Assembly (NCBI GenBank): GCA_030704615.1
Contig: JAKLZA010000150.1
Span: 1 to 8,402 of the forward strand
DNA from: Takakia lepidozioides
Taxonomy: Eukaryota > Plantae > Bryophyta
Length of the DNA stretch: 8,402 nt
Direction of reading: 5' to 3'
The position numbers were made by a program, and so were the translations under genes. The notes below the pieces were generated by a model. That model was not told where the DNA came from, searched no databases, and saw only the letters and a list, made by a program, of their open reading frames with translations. Of this stretch, positions 8,349 through 8,402 are shown piece after piece. Positions within the stretch are counted from its first letter, which is position 1; every line of letters starts with the position of its first letter.

Positions 8349-8402
8349 CCAGCTGTGTCCTGTATTATTAAAAACGACAAATTCAATTTTCATGGGCTTG
8401 GG

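Larger units (their letters stand above)
407..8402. mobile_element. Putative two-gene Mutator-like (MULE/MuDR superfamily) DNA transposon; ends not defined, right end outside window
   Basis: DDE/SWIM transposase gene, divergent accessory gene, and a motif-rich block at the left. The left boundary is guessed from the abrupt break of the array at 406/407; the array could instead belong to the element. No TIR pair or TSD can be seen with only one end. Confidence 0.6.

Overview
Eukaryotic DNA (GT-AG introns, CpG-type decay), probably a land plant; a bryophyte origin is my guess from recalled family resemblance. The window looks like most of one two-gene DNA transposon. From left to right: (i) 1-406 is a tandem array of exact 53-bp period, each unit a ~27-32-bp palindrome plus a ~26-bp variable spacer, organised as a 4-unit (212-bp) higher-order repeat. 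It resembles CRISPR but the spacers recur. (ii) 437-670 is a GC-rich block of TGACGTGGC/GCGTGAGCG motifs and hairpins, probably subterminal sequence. (iii) ~996-4602 on the minus strand is a heavily frameshifted, one-intron Mutator-like (MULE) transposase gene with a GCM/WRKY-like Zn domain, a D..D..CxxH..E core, an extra Cys-rich domain and a C-terminal SWIM finger. (iv) From 5450 on the plus strand is a divergent, multi-exon, frameshifted gene that the ORF track misses. Its exon 2 reconstructs to a ParB/Srx-like domain (..MFYVWSGN[H]RLLAW..), and two of its introns carry a dispersed 22-bp palindrome (TGAATGTCGT-TG-ACGACATTCA). The pairing of a MULE transposase with a ParB-like partner gene and palindrome clusters is the main candidate for a poorly described system. 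All domain calls are by eye and need HMM or structure confirmation.
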